Positions 52,916-64,000 of a stretch of DNA of 64,000 bases are shown here, piece by piece (position 1 is the first letter of the stretch; every line of letters begins with the position of its first letter). The stretch spans positions 5,890,001 to 5,954,000 of the forward strand of contig OX597830.1 in NCBI GenBank assembly GCA_951406725.2, written 5' to 3'. A program made the position numbers and the translations under genes. This DNA is from Octopus vulgaris. Lineage: Eukaryota. A model generated the notes under the pieces. It had not been told where the DNA came from. It saw nothing but the letters and a program-made list of their open reading frames with translations, and did no database searches.

Positions 52916-53867
52916 TCCCATTCTCACTCCCTCTCTCTTCCCTCTCTATCTATCTAACTATCTATCTACCTATCTATCTATCTTAGTAATCTTATCTAAA
53001 GTTCCCCTATACATCCTGATTCCTGACTGAAACTGCGGGTGCCTTTTTACAGTTTCATAAACCTCCTCACTTTCTCCTCCGGATTTCTTTCTTGATTTAC
53101 ACCTTCATCAATAGACGAGATAAAAAGATTTAGAAAATGAAGAACTATTTCATTTGAAACTATTTTACATTAATCATTAATTATCTTTACTAATTACTCT
53201 TTGATCAACGAGTGGTCTCATTAATATTCAGTCACAAAATCTAACCATGATAAGTTTCTCCGATGACTCAAGGAATTATCACTAAACGATTGCAATATCC
53301 GATACACATCTAGTTGTAGTAACACTGCTTGCAATTCCGTTGCAAGATTCTCCTCGATAACATCTCCTTGGTTCATAGATTTATATCAAGTTCTTCCAAC
53401 CATTTGAACTCCTTTGTATTGATTTCAATCATCTTCTGTTGTCGTGTAACTTTTACCAATATTTGATTCCAGTCCTAAATGAGTAATCCGTATCGTCCTG
53501 ATATACTTTTCAAGGTTGGTGCTCCATTTGCAACCGACTGGATTTCAGTTATGTTTCGAGCTGTTCACAAAACCTCCATGTCATCCTGCTGGAAGCATGA
53601 TACAGGACGAGAGAACTTGCTCTTCATTCAAAATGGCTAAATAAGATGATGAAGCGTTTTGGGGTCAATCGCACTACGGAATGTAACGACCCTGACTTTA
53701 TTTCATTGTACTCCACTCAGCTGGCAAAAATCATGAAAAGGATGCCGTCCCGCCCATGTGGATAGTTTATATGCCACACACCCACACGCGAACACACAAA
53801 TATACATACCTGTGTGTGTGTATGTGTTCGTGTGTGTGTGTCAACTACTGAATATATTTTTAGAAAA

Positions 53868-54095
53868 GGCGGTGAGCTGGCAGCATCGTTAGCACGCCAG
53901 GTGAAATGTTTAGTGGTATTTCGTCGGCCACTACGTTCTGAGTACAAATTCCGCCGAGGTCGACTTTGCCTTTCATCCTTTCGGGGTCGATTAAATAAGT
54001 ACCATTTACGCACTGGGTCGATGTAATCGACTTAATCCCTTTGTCTGTCCTTGTTTGTCCCTTCTATGTTTAGCCCTTTGTGGGCAATAAAGAAT
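53868..54095 (+). mobile_element. full SINE family 1 copy with TSD
   Basis: GGCGGTGAGCTGGCAGCATCGTTAGC head; AATATATTTTTAGAA on both flanks. Confidence 0.92.
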
Positions 54096-54879
54096 TAAAT
54101 ATATTTTTAGAAGGGAAACCTTAGGGGCATGCTCTCCTTTCTTACGTCTTTGCCTCTAAAAATGAAAGGCAAGATAACTAGCTTCAGTATTCGACTATAA
54201 AGATTCAAATCTCCGCAATTGCTTCCAGTTACAATGTTTTATTTACCATAATTAATACAGGACGACAAGACATACGAGAAGATATCGATGCTGTTATCAA
54301 ATCTCATTGACTTACAAATATTCTCCGTATTTATAGAAACCTGTTTATGCAACGAGCCTGCATATTACATTGTACGCTGCACACTCACTGCAGCTTATAT
54401 CGATGCAATATTGAAGCAGCAACTGATTGCTATATATCTACAATATATTCTGTTTGAGATGCAGGGATAGGAGATGCAGTTTTATAACTTGCAATAAATG
54501 TTGCAACATGTTGCAGCTGCACATCGGAGATACGAGATTGCTTATCTTAGTAAACAACACAACGACAAGTTTTACTCGAAGTAATCATAACAAATAGATG
54601 TTGTCGTTATTGTTGTTGTTGCTATTGGTAGTGTTGTTGTTGTTGTTGATATTGTTCTTGTGGTTGATGTTGCTGCTGCTATGAATGTCGTTGCTGTTAG
54701 CTGGAAAATTACAGAGACTCGGTGCGTTTGTGCTTCAGCGTGGTTGTGCATGAGGATATGCATATGTGTGTGTGCGTGAGTGTGAATCTGGGTCCACATC
54801 CTATGATATGCACATACGCAAATATACATGTGTATATACACTGTATGCATAAGTAGATTATATTCGTATAAATGTGTGC

Positions 54880-55260
<381 letters not shown>

Positions 55261-55508
55261 ATATAAATGTAAACATGTATACATACATACACACAGACAC
55301 ACACGAGTATATATGCAATGTTCAATGTGCATGTGTATGTATATGTGCGTTCATGTACGCGATTTTCATAATGTGTGCGCGGTGCATGGATCAATAACAA
55401 TTATTGTTTCTTTGGATCACTGAAAGCATTCATACACTTTAACATTCATAAAGTTATGAATACAACAAGAAAATCCATCGCCACCACCACCACCACCAAG
55501 ACCAGCAT

Positions 55509-55568
<60 letters not shown>

Positions 55569-55597
55569 TACTACTACTACTCGTTGATTCGTTGATG

Positions 55598-55831
55598 TTT
55601 ATTTTGTTTATTTCGTGTTTGGATATTTTCATAATGCAACGGTTCCGTTAAGAGTTCCTCTGTAGTGTTTTCTGCTGTCATAAGAACCGAAATATCTGTA
55701 AAAAAACTTCCATATTCCTTACGAAAACACTGAAGGAAAGGCTTGATAGCATTTATTCTCATCTCATCTCCCAATTTTTTGTATTCCCCAAGATAATCTA
55801 CACCCTTCAAACTTCGCATTCAGCGCGATAC
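55598..55831 (-). other. candidate terminal exon (strong acceptor, short coding tail, poly(A) signals)
   Basis: CCTCTTTTCTCTATTTCCACAG acceptor; frame YRAECEV-stop (55807) or ATG ORF 55577-55819; AATAAA at 55607-55612 and 55598-55603. Confidence 0.35.
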
Positions 55832-56014
55832 CTGTGGAAATAGAGAAAAGAGGTGCTATTACCTGGTCACTCGAAGGGCAAAAAGTAATGCCCTAACCGT
55901 CCAAAAAGCGTCTCCTATTTTCTTTAAAAAACTGAAAAATAGGATCATATAATGCTGGTCTTAAAGTACAGCTGTTTCTGCCCTTTTTTTCAACATTATG
56001 CTCTATCTTTTTCT

Positions 56015-56430
56015 TTTCTTTTACTTTTTTCTCCGTCACTAGACTCCGGCCATGCTGGAGCACCGCCTTGAAAATATTTTGCACGAACGATTCGAACCCA
56101 GTACCGTTTTTTAAGGTTGGTACTTATATCGGTGTCTTTTGCCGAATCTCTGTTGTTACAGGGACGCAAACAAACTAACGCCGATTGTCAAGCGGTGGTG
56201 AGGGTCAAAGACGGACATAAAGATACACATCCACACACAAACACACAAATATACATACATGCGTGTGTGTGTGCGTGTGTATGTGTATCAGATGGATGTT
56301 TTATAAAACTATTCCGCACATACAATATCAGCCATACCAACAATCCAACATATCCCCGTCATCAGCTGCCCAACGCCCCGAGGCTATAGCAAAAGTCACT
56401 TGCCCAAGGTACCACACAGTCACGCCTGTG
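56015..56430 (-). mobile_element. SINE family 2 copy
   Basis: GGCCATGCTGGAGCACCGCCTTGAA...GAGGCTATAG...CTTGCCCAAGGT. Confidence 0.8.
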
Positions 56431-57845
56431 TCTACTATGATGGCATTTGTTGATTATGAACCTCCTTCATCCATCATATCAATACAATAGGACATATTTT
56501 TATTGTTTTTTTTTCTCAATTTCGTTAGGCATTTCCATCAAGTTCCTTAAACTGTTTCTTATTAACAAGCGGTAAAGACACAAAAGAAGGAACGAATTAT
56601 TCTTTTTAAATGGGGAACTTTTCTTTACATTAATTATACGTTGAATTTTATTTTAGAAATGTAGATGTTTGTAGGGGGTTGATACTTTATCAACAATTCT
56701 ATGAATGGCTGAACGATGTAAGGAGTTTGCCAACGCCAAATTTAGACAACCAGATACTATCGCAAGATTTAGAGTGTTTTTCAGCTACTTTGTCACTGAA
56801 ATAACAACTGAAATATGTCATTTTGCAAAAGGTTAATAAGAGAGTAACGGTGCTGCTGAAACCTTTGCTTGGGAGCAAAGCGGTTAATTCTTGTAAGTAT
56901 GAGAGATCCTGGAGTGCCATGAATACTGGTGTTTCAAATATAAACGTTTATAAAATCACTCTTGTCAATAAAAAAGCATCTTTTGTAGCCTCGAAAATTG
57001 CTAGAAATAACGGCCAAATCACTCGCAACTCAGAGCCTACTGCATCATCTATATGTGCAGCAGACTCAGAAATGGTGATAGACTTTGTAAGAAACTAGTT
57101 CGAAGAATAAGAAAAGTTAACTTGATACTTGAAGTGCAATTGTGGGGCGAAAAACACGACGGTCCAAGAGAGACTGAGAATATAGAGAGTAATAAATGGT
57201 TTTATCTTCCTTAGAGCAGCTATCGGAGTCATGGCAGATATGATTCAAACAAATCAGAGTAAAGCTTTGTAGACATTCATTACGGATGAGGGACAACGCC
57301 TTAGGAACACCGAATGAAAAGGCAAGCTCCGATAGAGCTTCATTCAGGAGGAAGCCATGAGTTCCAGAATGAGATTGACAGTGGTGTAAGGAAACCTTCA
57401 TTGATTTAAGTAGGTCCAGAGAAGGGAGGCAACTCGGTGTTGAAATATTCCGTTCGAAGATGTTTTGTTATGAGATGAAAGATAAACAATCCGGTTGAAG
57501 CACAAAGACGCGGTGACAGGTAACAAGGCTACATTGGAAATCAATAGCACAGACGACGACTGACGCCAGCGAAGATCTATTCATTAGTGAATCGCTGCAT
57601 TTAATTGGATGGATATTTTCGGATATTGACATATGATCCATGTTGAAAGACATAGATTTTTGACATCATGAACACATTTTATGTCAAAAAGCTTTTAACC
57701 TAATATTTACATGCTATTATTTATAGCTTCATTTGCTTCGAGATTCACCATTTCCAAAAAGAAACACATAGTTATATTCATATAATTACATGCACGAATA
57801 TAGTTATGTTGGTGTGTACTTCTTCCTGTGCGTATATACTACGGT

Positions 57846-58217
57846 TGAGAAGGCGCAATAGCCCAGCGATTAGGGCAGCAGACTCGCGGTCGTAGGATTG
57901 CGGTTTCGATTCCCAGACCGGGCGTTGTGAATGTTTATTGAACGAAAACACCTAAAGCTCCACGAAGCTCCGCCAGGGGTGGTGGCGAACCTTGTAGTCT
58001 TTATCTCACTTTTCCTTCCTCTTTCTGTTGTACCTGTATTTCAAAGGGGCCAGCCTTGACACATTCTGTGTCACGCTGAATCTACACGAGAACTACGTTA
58101 AGGGATACACGTGTCTGTGGAGTGTTCAGCCACTTGCACATTAATTTCACGAGCAGGCTGTTCCGTTGATCGGATCAACTGGAACCCCCGTCGTCGTAAC
58201 CGACGGAGTGCCACGAT
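57846..58217 (+). mobile_element. full SINE family 3 copy
   Basis: GAAGGCGCAATAGCCCAGCGATTAGGGCAG...GGTTTCGATTCCC; tail to CCGACGGAGTGCCACGAT. Confidence 0.9.
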
Positions 58218-58869
58218 ACTATGATTGTCTAATATATATTCGTGCCTTGAACGTTATCAGATATAACTCATTATTTGACCAATTGTGCGCAAAATTGTTT
58301 GTTGTTGACAAAAATAAGTATAGAAATAATTCTACCAAGAATATAAAATAAATTCAATTAAAAATAATCCATTTGAAAAAGTCATTGCTAAAGAATTATT
58401 ATGATTAATATATTTTTCTTCGTGCTAACTAAAATTTATAATTATCGCTTTAACACCAATCTTGAAATATACTAAAAGAATTTTAATAGTTGCAGAAAAA
58501 ATATAACATTGGAAATTAATCCAATTGAATTCTATAGCAGCAGAATTTTTATGTGTGATAAAGTTAACTTGTAAATCGTTTCTTTAGGTTTAAAGCTTTC
58601 ACAACAAATGTTCTCTTCATAATTGAAGAGCGAAAGACGGCTGTGAATTAAAAGAAGAAGATAAAGAAGTGTTTAATACACTTCACAACTAATATCTTCA
58701 ATGTTAGTGATTGATAATAAAACTGAAAAGGTGAGAAACGTAGAAAATAAATTGCAAAAAAGATTAGCCATAAACATCTATTGTTGCTTTTCGCTTCAAC
58801 CCTCTGGCAAAACGTGGCATTTTATAATTATATTCATAAAACATCGTCATGATTCTGAAAACAGCGCGC

Positions 58870-58996
58870 ATGTATGTATGTATGTATGTATGTATGTATG
58901 TATGTATGTATGTATGTATGTATGTATGTATGTATGTATGAATGTATGTATGTATGTATGTATGTATGTATGTATGTATGTATGTATGTATGTATG
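58870..58996. repeat. (TATG)n microsatellite
   Basis: direct inspection. Confidence 0.97.
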
Positions 58997-59298
58997 CATA
59001 AATGTATGTGTATATACATACTTAAGCATGTATGTACATTCATATCTTCTGCATGTATATATGAATGTATGTGATTAGAAATCTCGGTATCATACCCCTC
59101 ATTCACACATATATACCCAAGTGTGCGCATGTGTATGCGTGTACACACCTATACAAAAAAATAAATGTAGACGTACATCTATTTATCTCTATGTATTTAT
59201 ATGTATACATATATGGATATTACATATATACGTTAAGTAGATTTATATATGCATACATGTAATTAGGAAACACAGTGGCTTATACATATTTGTGAATG

Positions 59299-59359
<61 letters not shown>

Positions 59360-60207
59360 CTTATATGTAAAATTATGTATTACGTATGTATGTATGTATT
59401 ATGTAGGCATCTCACTATCTCTCTATCTTTCTATCTCTATCTATCTATCTATCTATATATCTGTATGTATGTATGTTTGTACGCGTGGGTGTACATGTAT
59501 ATATAGAAATTAGTCGATTTACTGAATCGACAGAGCAGTGAATGGACTGCGTTGCCATGTTGCTTCGGAATGTCTGCGCTCTGAGTTCAAATACCAGGGA
59601 AGTGTATTTCACTTTTATTCTCTCAGCATCGATAAAAACAACAACAAAAAAACAAAACATATTAATATAGGGCCTCTGTAGCACTACTTATTCCCCTTTA
59701 TTCTCCCTATTCTCCCTATTCTCTCTTTCCCTTTCTCGATATTTCTATGTACAAGGATGGTATTAAATGCAACTTTTCGTCATACCGTTTTCAAAGTGAT
59801 GGCCTTTATTAACAATAACTGGGCAATATCTGAACAGATAAAGGATGCAAAACATAGGTTGACTATTGTTGTTTTAGATTCAATGTTAACAATAACGATG
59901 TGGATAACATTTACAATCAATAATACAAACGCAAAACAGCAATTGCTCTAAAATTTTGTGTCAGACAGACGAGACTTATTTTGGTTTAGCACACGAGTCT
60001 CAAAGAGTTTCTTGTGTTAAATAAACATGGCTCGTTTACAAGTGGCGTCGTTAAAACGCTCCGGGTAATGTTTCCATCTAATTTGTTATCGTTATGGATG
60101 GTCAACACCATCCCGGATCTTCTCAGCTATTCCGAAGAACCATTTTAAATTACTTTACATTGACATATATTTGTGCGCACGTGCGTCCGTGTGTGTGTTT
60201 GTGTGTT

Positions 60208-60276
<69 letters not shown>

Positions 60277-60345
60277 GCGTGTGTGCGTGTGCGTGTGCTT
60301 TTTTGCATAATGTATAGTGAATATATATTATTTTCCCTCCTTGTT

Positions 60346-60383
60346 TCTTTCTGTAGAAGATCGTAAGCTCGAAATGTTAAAGA
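60346..60383 (+). ncRNA. hammerhead-like motif, second copy of the CUGU-core family (in PLE tail fragment 60330-60465)
   Basis: TCTTT-CTGTAGAA-GATC(GTAA)GCTC-GAAA-TG-TT-AAAGA; downstream tail homologous to 5940-6010. Confidence 0.6.
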
Positions 60384-60461
60384 CTTTTTCACTTCTCGAG
60401 CATTATACTAATACATCTGTTTGTTGTCTACACCACCTGTCTTCGTCTTTTGTTTTTTGGG

Positions 60462-60537
<76 letters not shown>

Positions 60538-61614
60538 ACATAAAAGTTATACATCGTCATTTTCATCCAATTCTATTTAAAATGTTTCTATTAAGGTAAA
60601 TAATGCCGAAACGGTGCCAGCAGCCTGTGACACCGTAATAGGAAAAGTTGGTAATGCTCTCGCACACACAAATGAATTATAACAAATAAACAAATAAATA
60701 AATGAGAAAATTTGCCAAAAAATCTAACCTGTGTTATGGCGTGCAGTATCCCTCATATAAATACTGTCCTCTGTTACTATCCACCGGACTATATAGTTGA
60801 GTTCTTTGTTGTTATTGCGATTTTAAGCTGCAATTTCTAGTCAGTCGCTCGGCCACGATGAGGCTAGCACCATCTCTTAGCAAATCCACATAACGTCTTT
60901 TGGCTCAATATTGGAAGAAAGACATCTACTGAGAAAATATCTTTCTCCATGGGAACGATTACAACAGGCAAATGTGTCTCCGTTTATATTTATCGAATGT
61001 TGCTTTGACCAACAGAGACTGACATCAAAACGGTGTCTAGCGTTAGTTGGATGCTTCAAACCTCAACCGTAATACTCTCTTTTTGGCGGGGCGTCTGTGG
61101 TGGCCGTGTCACCACCACTCTTGGCCTCTTGCTTTTCAGTTAAGCTCCTCCCTCTCGTTTTTCATGACAGTCAAGAGGCACTTTCCAGTGAACAGCCACC
61201 ATTCGCTCTTTATTTCCTATTCCAATGAAATATTCAAATAATAATGTGATATCAGTAAGTGTAGAATCTACCATTGTTTGTCATTAAAGATATCATTTGA
61301 TTACACTCATTATAATTTTTTTAATTAGTACAACATCCCCACACACATGCGCATACACACGCGCACACACATGCACACACATATGCACACGCACGCATCA
61401 CTTTTTAAAGTTATCTCTACAGATTTGCGATAAATATTAGAGTCAAAACTGAAAGTTACGCTGTTGTGTATACGAATATGTAGAGAAAGCGATTGAAGGC
61501 AGAAAATAGGGAATGGCTGTATATGCATATACCATTATTGATTTATAAGCTTTTAACATACGTGGTAGAATATTATGGCTGCAAAATGAAACATGCTGTC
61601 CCTACCAACAATCA

Positions 61615-61664
<50 letters not shown>

Positions 61665-61668
<4 letters not shown>

Positions 61669-62133
61669 CCTCGGGCCGACCAAAGCCTTATGAGTGGATT
61701 TGTGTGTGTGTGTATGTGTTTGTCCCTCCACCATCACTTGGCAGCCGATGGTGGTGAGTTTAGGTCCCCGTAACTTAGCGGTTCGGCAAAAAGACCGATA
61801 GAATAAGTACTCGGCTTACAAAGAATAAGTCCTGGGATCGATTTGTTCGACTAAATGACGGTGCTCCAGCATGGTCGCAAGTAAATGACTGAAACAAATA
61901 AAATAATAAAATAATAAAAAATTATATATATATTCCTTTATTCTTTTACTTGTTTAAGACATTTGAGTGCGATCATGCTGGAGCACCGCCTTGACACTAG
62001 AAAGTATTTCTTAATCCTAGTACTTGTTCTATCGGTATCTCTTGCCGAACTGCTATGTTACTTAGACGTAAACACACCAACACTGGTTGTCAAGCGGTGA
62101 TGAGGTATATAGAGACACACACATATACATAGA

Positions 62134-62194
<61 letters not shown>

Positions 62195-62325
62195 GACGGG
62201 CTTCTTTCAGTATCCGTTTACCAAATCCATTCACAAGGCTTTAGTCGGCCCAACGCTGTAGAAGAAGTAACTTGCCCAAGGTGCCACGCAGTGAGGCTGA
62301 ACCTCGAACTATGTGGCTGAGAAGG
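61665..62325. mobile_element. two SINE family 2 copies tail-to-tail (61665-61905 +, 61935-62325 -)
   Basis: family 2 body and tail motifs in opposite orientations; a further partial copy at 62560-62720. Confidence 0.82.
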
Positions 62326-62341
62326 AAATATATATACCGGA

Positions 62342-62555
62342 CAGTATTCCCTCGCCATATAGCGGTTCACCTATCGCGGTTTATTATAAAGGTTACGTCG
62401 ATTCTTCCGTCTCCTGTATTTATTATAAAATAAAGATATACAAATTATAAAAAAATTATTATTATTATACAGTACAGTACTGTATTTACTTCGCGGATTT
62501 TCACCTATCGCGGGAACGTAACACCGTAACACACGCGATAATCGAGGGATTACTG
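62342..62555. mobile_element. pogo/Tigger-type MITE
   Basis: TIR CAGTATTCCCTCG / CGAGGGATTACTG, TA on the right flank, internal TTCACCTATCGCGG repeats. Confidence 0.82.
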
Positions 62556-63002
62556 TATAGCTTTTATCTTTTACTTGTTTCTGTCATTAGATTGCGGCCG
62601 TGCTGGAGCACAACCATGAAGAATTTGTAGTCGAATGAAGCGACCAAAGTACTTCATTTTTCTTTTGCTAAACCTGGCACCTATCCTATCAGTCTCTTTC
62701 GCTGAGGCTAGGAAGCAAGATCACATTTATATATATGTGTGTATATATATATACGATTAATAGCCTTCGCGTAAACCACTGGTTCGTTTTGTTCTCTTAC
62801 TTTATTATCATCTTATAATCATCTCATAATAATGACCTTTATGACTCGTATTACTACTTCAGTCAATCTAAATGTATATATTTGTCACTACCTGTCATAA
62901 ATAGCCTTTTTCTATTTGCAATATGCATTTTCGTTGATCTTTCATATTTTACCCTTACATTTCCACGTGCATTTTATATTTTCTTTTCGTAACATATTTC
63001 TA

Positions 63003-63055
<53 letters not shown>

Positions 63056-63139
63056 AAATTTATAGAAAGACAAAAGACGAAGACACGTGTAGGAACAATA
63101 AGTGAGTGTATTAGTTTGACACTCGGGGAAAATGGAAAG

Positions 63140-63174
63140 TCTTACGTTTCGAGGCTACGCTATGCAACAGAAAG
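63140..63174 (-). ncRNA. hammerhead-like motif, third (degenerate) copy of the CUGU-core family (fragment 63051-63200)
   Basis: minus strand CTTT-CTGTTGCA-TAGC(GTAG)CCTC-GAAA-CGT-AAGA; tail CTAATACA...GTCTTCGTCTTTTG ending in (TA)n. Confidence 0.55.
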
Positions 63175-63508
63175 GAATACGAAGAAATAAATATAGAGAA
63201 TGAAAATAAAATTGAGTTCAATGGTCCAACATAGCGAATGATTCAAATATTTATCGATATTTATATAAAATTTGGGTGGGGAGGTTAATCACATTCAATG
63301 CGAGCCTATAGACATTTTAACATTAACGTCGGGTTCGCAATTATTGGACAAGCTGAAGAGGAGAGAAGTAAATAATCAAGTGGATCCTGGTTGGATTTGA
63401 ACACAGAACGTTATAAGTTTATGCTAAATTTTAGCCAGACGCTTTGCCATTTCTAAATAACAAAAATGTACACAAACGATGCCATTTTGCTATTTCCAAT
63501 GTTATTAG

Positions 63509-63882
63509 GGTGGTGAGGTGGCAGGATCGTTAAAACATCGGGCAATAAAAAGCCTTAGCAGCATATTGTCCATCTTGACACTCGGAATTCACATTCTGTC
63601 TAGATCGACCATTGGGGTCGATAAAATAAGTACCAGCTGAGTGCTGGGGTCGGTGTAATCTACTTACACCCACCCCACATACATGAAATTGCTGGTCTGG
63701 GACCAAAATTTGAAACAGATATTTCTGCTTTTATGATTGTAACAAATCGACAGAGACGTTAAAACAACGGCTGAAATACGTTGTGGTATATATACTCCGG
63801 TGCTTGCTTTGCTTTCTGAGTTCAAATCCCGCTGAGTCAACTTTGTTTCATTCTTCCTGGATCAATATATAAAAATACTAGC
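63509..63882 (+). mobile_element. two diverged SINE family 1 copies
   Basis: GGTGGTGAGGTGGCAGGATCGTT head; GGGGTCGATAAAATAAGTACCAG core; second GAGTTCAAATCCCGCTGAG. Confidence 0.75.
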
Positions 63883-64000
63883 CAAGGTTGTTGAATTACT
63901 ACACATCTTTGGTTAAAATCTCAGCCAGGAATTGGTAGAAGAAACATTGTCTCATAATTATTTTCATACCCGTCGACCGATTACTATCGTAAGACTCAGC

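Noticed and set aside
56699-57098. Protein-like reading frames on both strands (vague receptor-like or transposase-like motifs)
   Set aside because: In-frame stops on both strands, no splice signals identified and no motif strong enough to name
57846-57925. tRNA-like sequences (also near 35820-35897, 49955-50030, 6354-6425)
   Set aside because: They are SINE heads continuing into SINE bodies and lack a complete cloverleaf, so they are not tRNA genes
59960-60020. CAGACGA-GACT...AGTC possible hammerhead remnant
   Set aside because: GAAAC and the cleavage site are absent; only a 6-bp stem supports it

Overview
AT-rich, extremely microsatellite-dense animal genomic DNA; the SINE families and repeat landscape strongly resemble an Octopus (cephalopod) genome, which is inference. 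Almost all listed ORFs are microsatellite read-through artefacts. Supported content: (i) a Penelope-like element (PLE) GIY-YIG endonuclease fragment; (ii) four to five distinct families of hammerhead-ribozyme (HHR)-like motifs in short direct or inverted-repeat elements sitting in (TA)n tracts, including a 352-bp-period retrozyme-like unit, a tail-to-tail HHR pair with a long stem II, and a three-copy family with a non-canonical CUGU core; (iii) two clusters of R4/Dong-type (RLE) non-LTR retrotransposon fragments stacked in (TAA)n tracts, with a ~540-bp non-coding companion element; (iv) an RTE C-terminus with three C2H2-type fingers; (v) a non-autonomous Helitron with a duplicated 3' end; (vi) hAT and pogo/Tigger MITEs, a 1.3-kb foldback element and about 30 tRNA-derived SINE copies of four families; (vii) tentative minus-strand host exons and a promoter-like motif cluster near 32.3 kb. 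All alignments and folds were made by eye, and boundaries of degenerate repeats are approximate.
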